A stretch of 38,807 bases of DNA from Candidatus Curtissbacteria bacterium (GTDB lineage Bacteria; Patescibacteriota; Microgenomatia; Curtissbacterales; GWA2-41-24), in contig JAUYIQ010000012.1 in NCBI GenBank assembly GCA_030688205.1, forward strand, positions 1-38,807. The letters are read 5' to 3'. Below are positions 17,820 through 25,513 of this stretch, one piece after another (positions within the stretch are counted from its first letter, which is position 1; the number at the start of each line of letters is the position of its first letter). A program made the position numbers and the translations under genes. Below the pieces are notes generated by a model. That model saw only the letters and a program-made list of their open reading frames with translations. It ran no database searches and had not been told where the DNA came from.

Positions 17820-19209
17820 TGTAATCGAAAATCCCTTTGATATCTTCTTCTAATGTTGACTTTTGATCTGTATTTTCCTCTTTAAATCGCAACATCAACT
17901 CTAAAAGCTTTGTTTCCTGTTCTAAATTATTTCCGGCGAGGTTGTTTTTTTCCAAAGGGTCCGACCGCATATCATAAAGTTCTTTTTTCCCGTTTGTGTT
18001 ATCGGCAATCAGCTTCCATCCGTTTTGCATCACACTTTCCCTTGTTATCGGCGCCTCCGCACCCCTGATTTTAAGTGGAATTGAACGCACTTCGGAGTAT
18101 ATCCTATCCAGATACCGGTTTACGGTCGAAACATTGCTCGTTTGGGCATAAACAACGTGGTCTTGCCCAATATTCCGCAGTGATGTACCTTTAAACTCGA
18201 CCGATTTTTGTAAACCGACAAGGTCTAAAATTGTGGGTGCGATATCAACAATAGAAGCAGGTTTTTCCTCCCGTCCCGGATCAAAATTCGGAGCTTTTAT
18301 AATAAGCGGTACTCTTATCAGTTCATTGTAAAGGCTATACGAATGTACTCCCCAATTACCCCTTTCGCCGAATTCCTCTCCATGATCAGCAGTAACAATT
18401 ACAATCGTTTTTTTGTCTAGATTGAGTTTCCCAAGAGTTTTAAAAAGTTCACCAAGCATATAGTCTGTAAAAAGAATTTCGCCGTCATAAAGACTGACAA
18501 ATCTTTCCAGCTCTTCAATTGGAAGGACTTTTTCACCTCTATTATTTTTTGCAATCATATTAACATCAACACATTTGGTTGCACTGGGCAAATCCCCTCC
18601 AAACTGATCAAATTCGCCAGGGGGGCAGTAAGGATCGTGAACTTGAAATGTATGCAGGAACATGAAGAATTTTTTACTCCGGTTGTTCCCAAGCCACTTC
18701 ATTGCCTCCGGTATTATCAAATCTATATCCTGATGATTTTCTTTTGGCTCAAAGGAACGAAAGCTGTCAAAACCTTGGGAAAAGCCTCTTGCTTTTGAAA
18801 CGAATGTAGCGCTGTTGATACCGACAGTTTCGTATCCATTTTCGTTTAGAACTTCCGCAATTGTCGTATATTTTTCGGCTAAAACATCAGTTCCTATCTG
18901 CATCTTTATATTTTGCGGATAATCAGACGTGAATAATGATGCAAAGGAAGGAAGAGTCCATGGGGCACTGGAATAAAAGTTTTGATAAACTCTCGCATTT
19001 TTTGCAAATTCGTCCAGATTAGGCGATGTCTTTCGCCCGTATCCATAAAGACTCAAGTGGTCCTGCCTTAAAGTGTCCACCGATATCAAAACTACGTTAC
19101 AACCCCTACACGCACTAAAATTTTCGCTTCTAGGTAGCTTGCCTGCGGTTTTACCAATAAACAGAAAGAGTATTACCAGAACAAAAACCAGAAGTATTCT
19201 TTTTACCAT
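17803..19209 (-). CDS. Sulfatase-fold (alkaline-phosphatase superfamily) enzyme, signal-anchored, with Thr in place of the Cys/Ser nucleophile
   Basis: NVVLISVDTLRQDHLSLYGY matches the metal-binding N-terminus of sulfatases. At the CxPxR position it reads WTLPSFASLFTS. Other motifs are VTADHGEEFGERG and a single N-terminal TM helix. Confidence 0.75.
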   Translation of the reverse strand: MVKRILLVFVLVILFLFIGKTAGKLPRSENFSACRGCNVVLISVDTLRQDHLSLYGYGRKTSPNLDEFAKNARVYQNFYSSAPWTLPSFASLFTSDYPQNIKMQIGTDVLAEKYTTIAEVLNENGYETVGINSATFVSKARGFSQGFDSFRSFEPKENHQDIDLIIPEAMKWLGNNRSKKFFMFLHTFQVHDPYCPPGEFDQFGGDLPSATKCVDVNMIAKNNRGEKVLPIEELERFVSLYDGEILFTDYMLGELFKTLGKLNLDKKTIVIVTADHGEEFGERGNWGVHSYSLYNELIRVPLIIKAPNFDPGREEKPASIVDIAPTILDLVGLQKSVEFKGTSLRNIGQDHVVYAQTSNVSTVNRYLDRIYSEVRSIPLKIRGAEAPITRESVMQNGWKLIADNTNGKKELYDMRSDPLEKNNLAGNNLEQETKLLELMLRFKEENTDQKSTLEEDIKGIFDYIISGT

Positions 19210-19232
19210 TTTTTTGGATTATACAATCCTTT

Positions 19233-21104
19233 TTATTCAATACCAACCACGGGTATTTTTAAGTCTATATATTTTTGGGCAAGGCTTCTGTTTTGTTTTA
19301 AGAAGACTACTACGTCGGGCGCAAAACCGTCTGAAAGCTCCTTTGTCGGGTTTTGTACGTCAACATGTTCAATCCTAACACCAAGTCTCTCATGCCCAAT
19401 AATAGCCCACAAGGGATATTCAAAATCGAAACTTTGCTCCTCTAAAAATAGCCCGACATTTTTGTAGTTATTATCGCGAATAAGCTGGGCTATTTGACGA
19501 TACGGTTCATACAACTGGGGCCTCAAAATAAAGTACTGCTGCTCTCTGCTTTTTTGGAAAAAAGGCTCATTGGAAATTACGGGCTTGGCGATATTGAACA
19601 AAACAAAATAAAAAGACGTCGACAGAATTACCACAAGAAGCAAATTTACTGCCAAAGGCTTTAATTTACCTAGCGAAATTGCAATTGGCACCGACCAGAG
19701 GACAAAAAGAGGCAGATGAAACCTCGAGCTACTGCTTTGCCACCGGAAAACCGCGCTAAAGAGAAAAAACGCAAAAAACGAAGCCAAAAGAAAATATTTT
19801 AAATCCCTATACCCCTTCTTTTTCATCAGCAAAATCACACAAAGAATCAAAAGTAGAAAATGTATCGTATTTGGGGCTTTGTATTCATTTGCGCTGATCT
19901 TGAAAATCACAAACTCCCTGCCTAACCAGTTGAAATTTGGACTATCCAAAGAAACTCCCGCAAATTGATGTAATTTACCAACCGAATCATAAACAATCTT
20001 ATTTATTGGCTTTATAGGTGTAGATAAATGCACACTGATATTTTTAACCGAACCTAAAACAAAAGACTTTGGCCCAACCGGACGGTTAACATAGTCATCT
20101 CTGAGACTGAAAATTGGCAAGCCCGAAAAAGTATAGTTCCGCCAAAAAAAACCTGTATTGACAGAAAATGCAATTACCAGTGTAGCCAAAACGTAAAATA
20201 CGGCTTTTCGATACCCAAACCGTAATAGATAACCCGCAAAAAACCAAAGCATAAAAGGCAGAAAATATACATAAGCAGTATGCTTGGTTAAAAATGCAAG
20301 ACCTAGAGATATTGCAGAAACGAAAAGAAAAATATTTCTCTCTGTTTTAAAAAACGCGATCCCAAAATAAACAAAAGTCCCAAAAAAGAAAGCAAGAATA
20401 TAATCTTCCCCCGTCGACGATGCCTGAAGTATGCCAATTGGAACAGAAAGAGCTATAAAACCGGCAAGAATCTGCGTTTTTAAATCAGCTCTTAAGCGAT
20501 ATGCAATTAGCGTAACCGAAATAAAACTTCCTATGGCAAAAAGCCACTGGACAAGATTTGAATAAATATCGCTGCCCGCAAGAGCAAGAGCGTGCAAAAA
20601 CGCAAAACTCGCCAGTGGCGGCTGGTAAAGCTGCCATGTTATATGGGTTGGATAATACGCAAGGCTTGCGTTCTGAAGCCAATGCATGGGGCGGGCAAGC
20701 CAAAGGCTGGCAGCGTCGATATTATTTGGGGCAGATGTCAGTGACAAAATAAAGGTTGAAACAGCTACAATTAGTAACCCTATTATCGAAATTTTGGCAT
20801 CAGTGTTTTTTTCCCAAAGGATTGTCAAGTTTCCTAAATTGGGTAGAATATTTACTTCTTTAAAAGATTTTTTGACAGAAAAAGCAGTCGCCAAAGTCAT
20901 AAAACTCCAGCAAAAACCAATAGCTTCCGGGGTCAAAAGATGAAAAAAACTCAACACTTCGGTAATTACGACTAAAAGCAGGGAGAAAAGTACGATTGAT
21001 ACCAATAATCTTTCCCGCCAAAGCAAACCTTTGAATTTGCCGGAAATCGCAAGAAAAATTAGGAAGAAAGCAAAAACAGGAAGCAAAATCAGCATCTTAA
21101 GCAC
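19233..21104 (-). CDS. GT-C-like (ArnT/PMT-type) polytopic membrane protein
   Basis: 623 aa with more than 10 hydrophobic helices. QLYQPPLASFAFLHALALAGS resembles the PMT_2/ArnT first-loop region. It is the counterpart of the N-terminal half of 10895-13615. The function call is tentative. Confidence 0.45.
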   Translation of the reverse strand: MLKMLILLPVFAFFLIFLAISGKFKGLLWRERLLVSIVLFSLLLVVITEVLSFFHLLTPEAIGFCWSFMTLATAFSVKKSFKEVNILPNLGNLTILWEKNTDAKISIIGLLIVAVSTFILSLTSAPNNIDAASLWLARPMHWLQNASLAYYPTHITWQLYQPPLASFAFLHALALAGSDIYSNLVQWLFAIGSFISVTLIAYRLRADLKTQILAGFIALSVPIGILQASSTGEDYILAFFFGTFVYFGIAFFKTERNIFLFVSAISLGLAFLTKHTAYVYFLPFMLWFFAGYLLRFGYRKAVFYVLATLVIAFSVNTGFFWRNYTFSGLPIFSLRDDYVNRPVGPKSFVLGSVKNISVHLSTPIKPINKIVYDSVGKLHQFAGVSLDSPNFNWLGREFVIFKISANEYKAPNTIHFLLLILCVILLMKKKGYRDLKYFLLASFFAFFLFSAVFRWQSSSSRFHLPLFVLWSVPIAISLGKLKPLAVNLLLVVILSTSFYFVLFNIAKPVISNEPFFQKSREQQYFILRPQLYEPYRQIAQLIRDNNYKNVGLFLEEQSFDFEYPLWAIIGHERLGVRIEHVDVQNPTKELSDGFAPDVVVFLKQNRSLAQKYIDLKIPVVGIE

Positions 21105-21157
21105 TCGTTTAAATTCGAATCACAGTATAATACAATTCGAAAGAAAGTTTTAACTTC

Positions 21158-22915
21158 ATGAAACTTCACATTAAAATTATCCTGTTTCTCCTTTTCGCCC
21201 TTCTTCTTTTCTTCCTTGTCTCCCCGGAGCACAAATTCTGGCAAAAATACTTTAAGACTCCTGTCAGTCAGGACCCACAGGATAAAGAAAAGATTTTAAT
21301 GAACCCAAATGATATCGCAGACCTTACCCTTAATTTCATCCTGGATAACCAAAAATACAGTTTTAACAAAGGGGAAATTAGCTTGAACGGCCAAAAGATA
21401 AACAACCCGAACGAACGCCAAAAAGCCCGCTCCTTCGTCTTCTTCTATCAAATGACACTCGAAGATCCCCTTTTCACTGCCCCATATTTTGACCTTGAAG
21501 GATTTAAAAAAACAATTGAAATTTTAAAATATGCCCAAGACCAGTACAACGCGGCAATTGGCAAAAACGAACAATTTTTCCCTTTATCCTTTTTACAAAA
21601 AATCCCTGATGTTTACCCTGCTGAAAATGAATTTTTGACAAACCCTACAGATAAAACTGCCCAAAATCTGCTTTCTGTCTATAACCTAACAGCCGAAGCC
21701 TACAAAAATGAAGCCGGTCAATTTGTAAATACAATCAAAACGAATGAAGAAAAAATTCCGGGAACTAATTATGTGGCGATAAACAGTACCACTACCAAAA
21801 AGGTGATTTTTTCCGATCTGGAAAAACTAATTCAAAATTCAGATTTTCTGATTTTAGAAGTAAAAAATAGGCAAAACTGTCTTGAAAAAGCCCTGAACTG
21901 CAAAAGACCCTTTTCACTAATTCAACAACCACAAACTACCCGGTTAATTTCCGAAGATTACGAAAAACCCCTGCCTCTTCCGTCGCTTTTCCCCGGCCTT
22001 CCAGCCAAAAGATACTCTAATCTAAAAGGTCCCTATGCAGTGCCTACCTCCTGCTTCGGCTGGGGAGAAAATTTTACAAAAAAAACCCACCTTTTTTACT
22101 TTCTTACGAGTCAATTCGAAATAATTGAAAGGCAGGATTTGGGCACAATATCTAATTTCAGGATCAAATTGGCAAATAATAATTTTTATAGAAAAGTAGC
22201 AAAAGAAAGCTTCGAAGCGGATTTTCAAACCGATCTCGAGTACACAAACCAAAAGGAAGATAATTTATATGTCTGCCGTGATTCAACTTATCAGGCACAA
22301 GCCACAACCCTAAACTTTTTCCGCGAAAATATCAAAACTAAACTTTTTGAAAAATTCGATTTATCTAAAGTCCCAAAAGATCAGGAGCAGTTTTTCCAAA
22401 ATGCACGTATCTTTGAACAGGAATTTTTCTCAACCCAACCCCCGTCCTGGAAAAATCTGGAAATCTTGTCTTCATATTACGCATACGCAGCCAAAATCAT
22501 GACAGACGAAAGCCTAACCTCCCAAAAGGCAGAGTTTATCAATCGTTACCTTCTGATAAACCGGCAGGAAGGTGACTTTGCAAAGCTAACCAACCACAGC
22601 ATAAAAGGTTTTCTTCTTCTTTCCGCCAGAGAAAAAAATAGACCGGGTACTACCACAAATAACGCCTTTTTCTACTCACAGGTTTACCTCAGCAGAAGCC
22701 TATGGAACGTTCTTTTCTTCCCTTTCTCTCCTTCTTTCTGGCGGAATCCCGAAAATCTCGAATATCTGGAGAAAAGAGAAGTAATAAGCGTTGGGCCTAA
22801 CGGGCCTTATCTCGACACAAAACTTGCCACGGAAAAATTCTCACCCGAGATAATCGAAAGAATGCATTTTGAAACTTGGGAATATAACAAAAGCTTACTG
22901 GAAGAAGAACCTTAA
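21158..22915 (+). CDS. Signal-anchored extracytoplasmic protein of unknown function, homolog of the C-terminal domain of 10895-13615
   Basis: N-terminal helix IILFLLFALLLFFLV. Blocks shared with the 906-aa protein: LEDPLFTAPYFDLEGFKKTIE, VKNRQNCLEKALNCKRP, KGPYAVPTSCFGWGENFTKKTHLFYF, FFPFSPSFWR. Confidence 0.6.
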   Translation: MKLHIKIILFLLFALLLFFLVSPEHKFWQKYFKTPVSQDPQDKEKILMNPNDIADLTLNFILDNQKYSFNKGEISLNGQKINNPNERQKARSFVFFYQMTLEDPLFTAPYFDLEGFKKTIEILKYAQDQYNAAIGKNEQFFPLSFLQKIPDVYPAENEFLTNPTDKTAQNLLSVYNLTAEAYKNEAGQFVNTIKTNEEKIPGTNYVAINSTTTKKVIFSDLEKLIQNSDFLILEVKNRQNCLEKALNCKRPFSLIQQPQTTRLISEDYEKPLPLPSLFPGLPAKRYSNLKGPYAVPTSCFGWGENFTKKTHLFYFLTSQFEIIERQDLGTISNFRIKLANNNFYRKVAKESFEADFQTDLEYTNQKEDNLYVCRDSTYQAQATTLNFFRENIKTKLFEKFDLSKVPKDQEQFFQNARIFEQEFFSTQPPSWKNLEILSSYYAYAAKIMTDESLTSQKAEFINRYLLINRQEGDFAKLTNHSIKGFLLLSAREKNRPGTTTNNAFFYSQVYLSRSLWNVLFFPFSPSFWRNPENLEYLEKREVISVGPNGPYLDTKLATEKFSPEIIERMHFETWEYNKSLLEEEP

Positions 22916-22928
22916 AACAACCCTTCAT

Positions 22929-23471
22929 TCATTCCTTCCTCTTTTCCTCTAGAACAAACGTATATGCAAACCACCAGAAGGCCAAAAACCAAAGTATCGC
23001 AACGAGAGTCGCCAGGTAATTATGGAAAACGTAGGCCCCGCTCTTACCAAACGAAAGAGCAAACAAAACCACAATAATGATCCTAAAAATGTTAATTAAA
23101 AATGTGCCCAACAAACCGATCAAAACCGTTTCGATCCGGGAAATTGGCGTAAATTTTCCCGAAAGTCCGGTCGCAAAAGTCAAAATAAGAAGCACTACCG
23201 ACTGCCAGCCCAAACAGTTCCAGGAGATATAAATTGATGCGTTTTGAGATATTAACCCTGTCTTTGTTATAGTCATGTCAATACCAATCAAATTCAAGAA
23301 TCCCCAAACAAGTTTCGTCTCATAAGGCACCACGTAATTTTGGATGATTTTATAAAGGTATAAATGCTCAATCACCTTCGTCATCGCCTCAGACAACGTC
23401 ATCACAGCGGGAAAAATCAACAAAATAACCGCAGCGAAGATGAAGATATTGCTGAAAACAGATGTTTTCAT
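22929..23471 (-). CDS. Exosortase/archaeosortase-family membrane protein (paralog 2)
   Basis: Motifs VPYET, ISWNCLGWQS, INIFRIIIVV, FHNYLATLV and FWWFAYTFVLEEK. The likely start MKTSVF at 23471 overlaps the cargo-2 stop as ATGA (23468-23471). The track start at 23528 would add 19 non-hydrophobic residues. Confidence 0.7.
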   Translation of the reverse strand: MKTSVFSNIFIFAAVILLIFPAVMTLSEAMTKVIEHLYLYKIIQNYVVPYETKLVWGFLNLIGIDMTITKTGLISQNASIYISWNCLGWQSVVLLILTFATGLSGKFTPISRIETVLIGLLGTFLINIFRIIIVVLFALSFGKSGAYVFHNYLATLVAILWFLAFWWFAYTFVLEEKRKE

Positions 23472-25513
23472 ACTGGTAACACCATAACAATCTTTTCTTT
23501 GTTCTTCAGTCTGCGTTGCTTTATCCATTCAACCAGCTTCGGCACAAATATCAAGGCCGGCGCGGCAAAAAGTAGAGCCTCCGGCACGGGCATACTGGAA
23601 ATCTGAATAATCAGCCAGGCGGAAGCAAGATTAACGGTATTAGGACTTGTTACGTTTTTCTGCGAATCCATTCTTTTTGAAGAAGCCGGCATATTTGCTG
23701 TAATATCACCGCTTCTTTGCCGAACATAAGTCGTACTGGCTGTCGAAACTTCCGAGCCTGTAATTGCAGATGAATCAGTATCATTTTTAAGTCGTGAATA
23801 CCCGGTACCGGCAGAAGTTTTTATCGTAGATTCAAAAAAGTAAGCCTTAGTCCCCCCGAAATTAGCGGGGACAAAAGTATTATCATAAACATCATCACCA
23901 TATATCCCGGCACATGCACACGAAACATTACTATTAGCATATTGTTGCACTGTCTCCAAATCCGTCACCCCGTTTGTCCCATCAGACTGGTTCAAAACTA
24001 TTTTTGCGTTGGAAATACTTCCGGAACACCCTCCTCCGTTACCATCGGTACATTTAACCCTTACAATATAGTTGTCATCATTGGTCGTATCCCAGTCGGC
24101 GTCCCCGTCAACGTTAGTCCCCGTCTTCAGGGTCCAGGTCGTATCGCCAGTATGGGAAACTTCTGCAACACTCGTGCTGTTGGTATTATTGTAAAGTTCC
24201 GCATGGACAGTATCCCCCGCACTGGCAATTTTTAAGGTTGCCTGGAATTCTACATCACCCGGAGAAGTAACGGGCGAAGGGGTAAAAACGCTGTCGTTAT
24301 ACTGGTAGATTTTGTAATGGGTCAAAGCAGAGTAAGTAGTATTTGTAAAAGCCGTTTGGTTATTCCCCACCTCAACTTGCGTCTGGGTATCTGTTATCCA
24401 ACCGCCTGACGACTGCACAACTTTCAGCCTGGCTGCCTTTATCTGGGCTGTACCCGAAGCATTATCGGTTTTTATCTGAACTGTATAATCCTTATCATCC
24501 AAAAACTGGGCATCTGCGGTAACGTCAACTGTCTGAAGGGCATAACCACAGTTATTGATAAGGTAAGTAACAGAAGCTACTTCTACGTCGGGACTAGAAG
24601 TTATTTCCATAAGGGTAGCCGTAGTTGTAACGGCTATCTGATCTTTTCCGGAAGTATACCCCGTATTACAAATCAAAGCCTCGAAAGTAACGGTTGAGAT
24701 ATTGGAAAACTTATCGTCATCCCAATGGATAATCCCCAATGAATAATCTGTGGGCGCCAGAGTCGTACTCGCTGTCGTGTACTCCTGATCAATCATATTT
24801 ATCTGCTGCTCGAGACTTAAAGTCATGTCTATTTGAATAACCAGCCAGGCAACATTGGTTTTTGCGGTGTTTCCAGTTAGAGCTTTATGTTCAACATCAA
24901 GGGTTTTCGAGGTTGTCGGCATGGAAAGAGCTGAACTTCTCCTCCGGGCATCCGTGGACGCTCCGGGAATGTTGATTTCCCCATTAGTGATATCAGCAGG
25001 AGTCGTCTCGTCCTTCACTTTTATCCAAGCATCAAGAAAATCTGAATCACCGTATATCTCAAAATAATAAGAAACTGTGCGTGGGGTAAAGTTTGCAGGG
25101 TCAAAAAGGTTATTGTAATTTATGCGGGCATAACTTGTATCTGTAGTTTGTATATAAGTGTTGTTATACACCTGCGTCGTTTCCAGTTTTGAAACGCCCG
25201 AGGCCGAACTCTGCTCCAAAATAATTTTGGCATTGGCAATTTTGGCGGTATTGGCAGAAGCTTTAATGCAAACAAAATAATTTCTCCCCGCAGTCGGCGT
25301 AAACGAATTACTCCTTACACGCGTGTATGTGGAATTTGTGGTTGATACTTCGCTATCTATTAGCGTACTGCACGAGGAGAATGCAAGAACAGCGTAAGCA
25401 GTTGACCCTGCATTACTGTTTGATATTGTAGCTTCAAAATAAACTGTAGGTGCCGGAGACCAAAAGTGAAGACGAAGCCGCACTGCAGGTTGTGGAAGTA
25501 GCAGTGGTATCAA
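23468..25513 (-). CDS. Repeat-module surface protein with a PVPE C-terminal sorting signal (cargo 2); probably the frame-shifted continuation of the upstream GT2 ORF
   Basis: 681 aa, rich in T/S/N/D. It contains repeated units starting EQQINMID, TQTQVEVGNN and ET.Q.Y.N and ending AWL[VI]IQI. The C-terminus is MPVPE-ALLFAAPALIFVPKLV-EWIKQRRLKNKEK. It has a TTG start, no signal peptide, and overlaps the GT2 ORF by 80 nt. Confidence 0.65.
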   Translation of the reverse strand: MIPLLLPQPAVRLRLHFWSPAPTVYFEATISNSNAGSTAYAVLAFSSCSTLIDSEVSTTNSTYTRVRSNSFTPTAGRNYFVCIKASANTAKIANAKIILEQSSASGVSKLETTQVYNNTYIQTTDTSYARINYNNLFDPANFTPRTVSYYFEIYGDSDFLDAWIKVKDETTPADITNGEINIPGASTDARRRSSALSMPTTSKTLDVEHKALTGNTAKTNVAWLVIQIDMTLSLEQQINMIDQEYTTASTTLAPTDYSLGIIHWDDDKFSNISTVTFEALICNTGYTSGKDQIAVTTTATLMEITSSPDVEVASVTYLINNCGYALQTVDVTADAQFLDDKDYTVQIKTDNASGTAQIKAARLKVVQSSGGWITDTQTQVEVGNNQTAFTNTTYSALTHYKIYQYNDSVFTPSPVTSPGDVEFQATLKIASAGDTVHAELYNNTNSTSVAEVSHTGDTTWTLKTGTNVDGDADWDTTNDDNYIVRVKCTDGNGGGCSGSISNAKIVLNQSDGTNGVTDLETVQQYANSNVSCACAGIYGDDVYDNTFVPANFGGTKAYFFESTIKTSAGTGYSRLKNDTDSSAITGSEVSTASTTYVRQRSGDITANMPASSKRMDSQKNVTSPNTVNLASAWLIIQISSMPVPEALLFAAPALIFVPKLVEWIKQRRLKNKEKIVMVLPV
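23471..23590 (-). other. PVPE + TM helix + basic cluster sorting signal of cargo 2
   Basis: CCC GTG CCG GAG (PVPE) was verified at 23579-23590 on the minus strand, followed by a hydrophobic helix and QRRLKNKEK. Confidence 0.6.

Noticed and set aside
23468-23471. Possibility of an alternative genetic code (TGA recoded, as in some candidate phyla)
   Set aside because: TGA terminates well-defined genes at sensible positions (ATGA overlaps at 6107-6110, 23468-23471, 27734-27737 and 30428-30431). Long ORFs close with all three standard stops, which fits the standard bacterial code.
23472-23528. 19-codon N-terminal extension of sortase 2 in the track
   Set aside because: It overlaps the cargo-2 3' end. 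The internal ATG at 23471 forms an ATGA overlap with the cargo stop and gives an N-terminus comparable to the other two paralogs.
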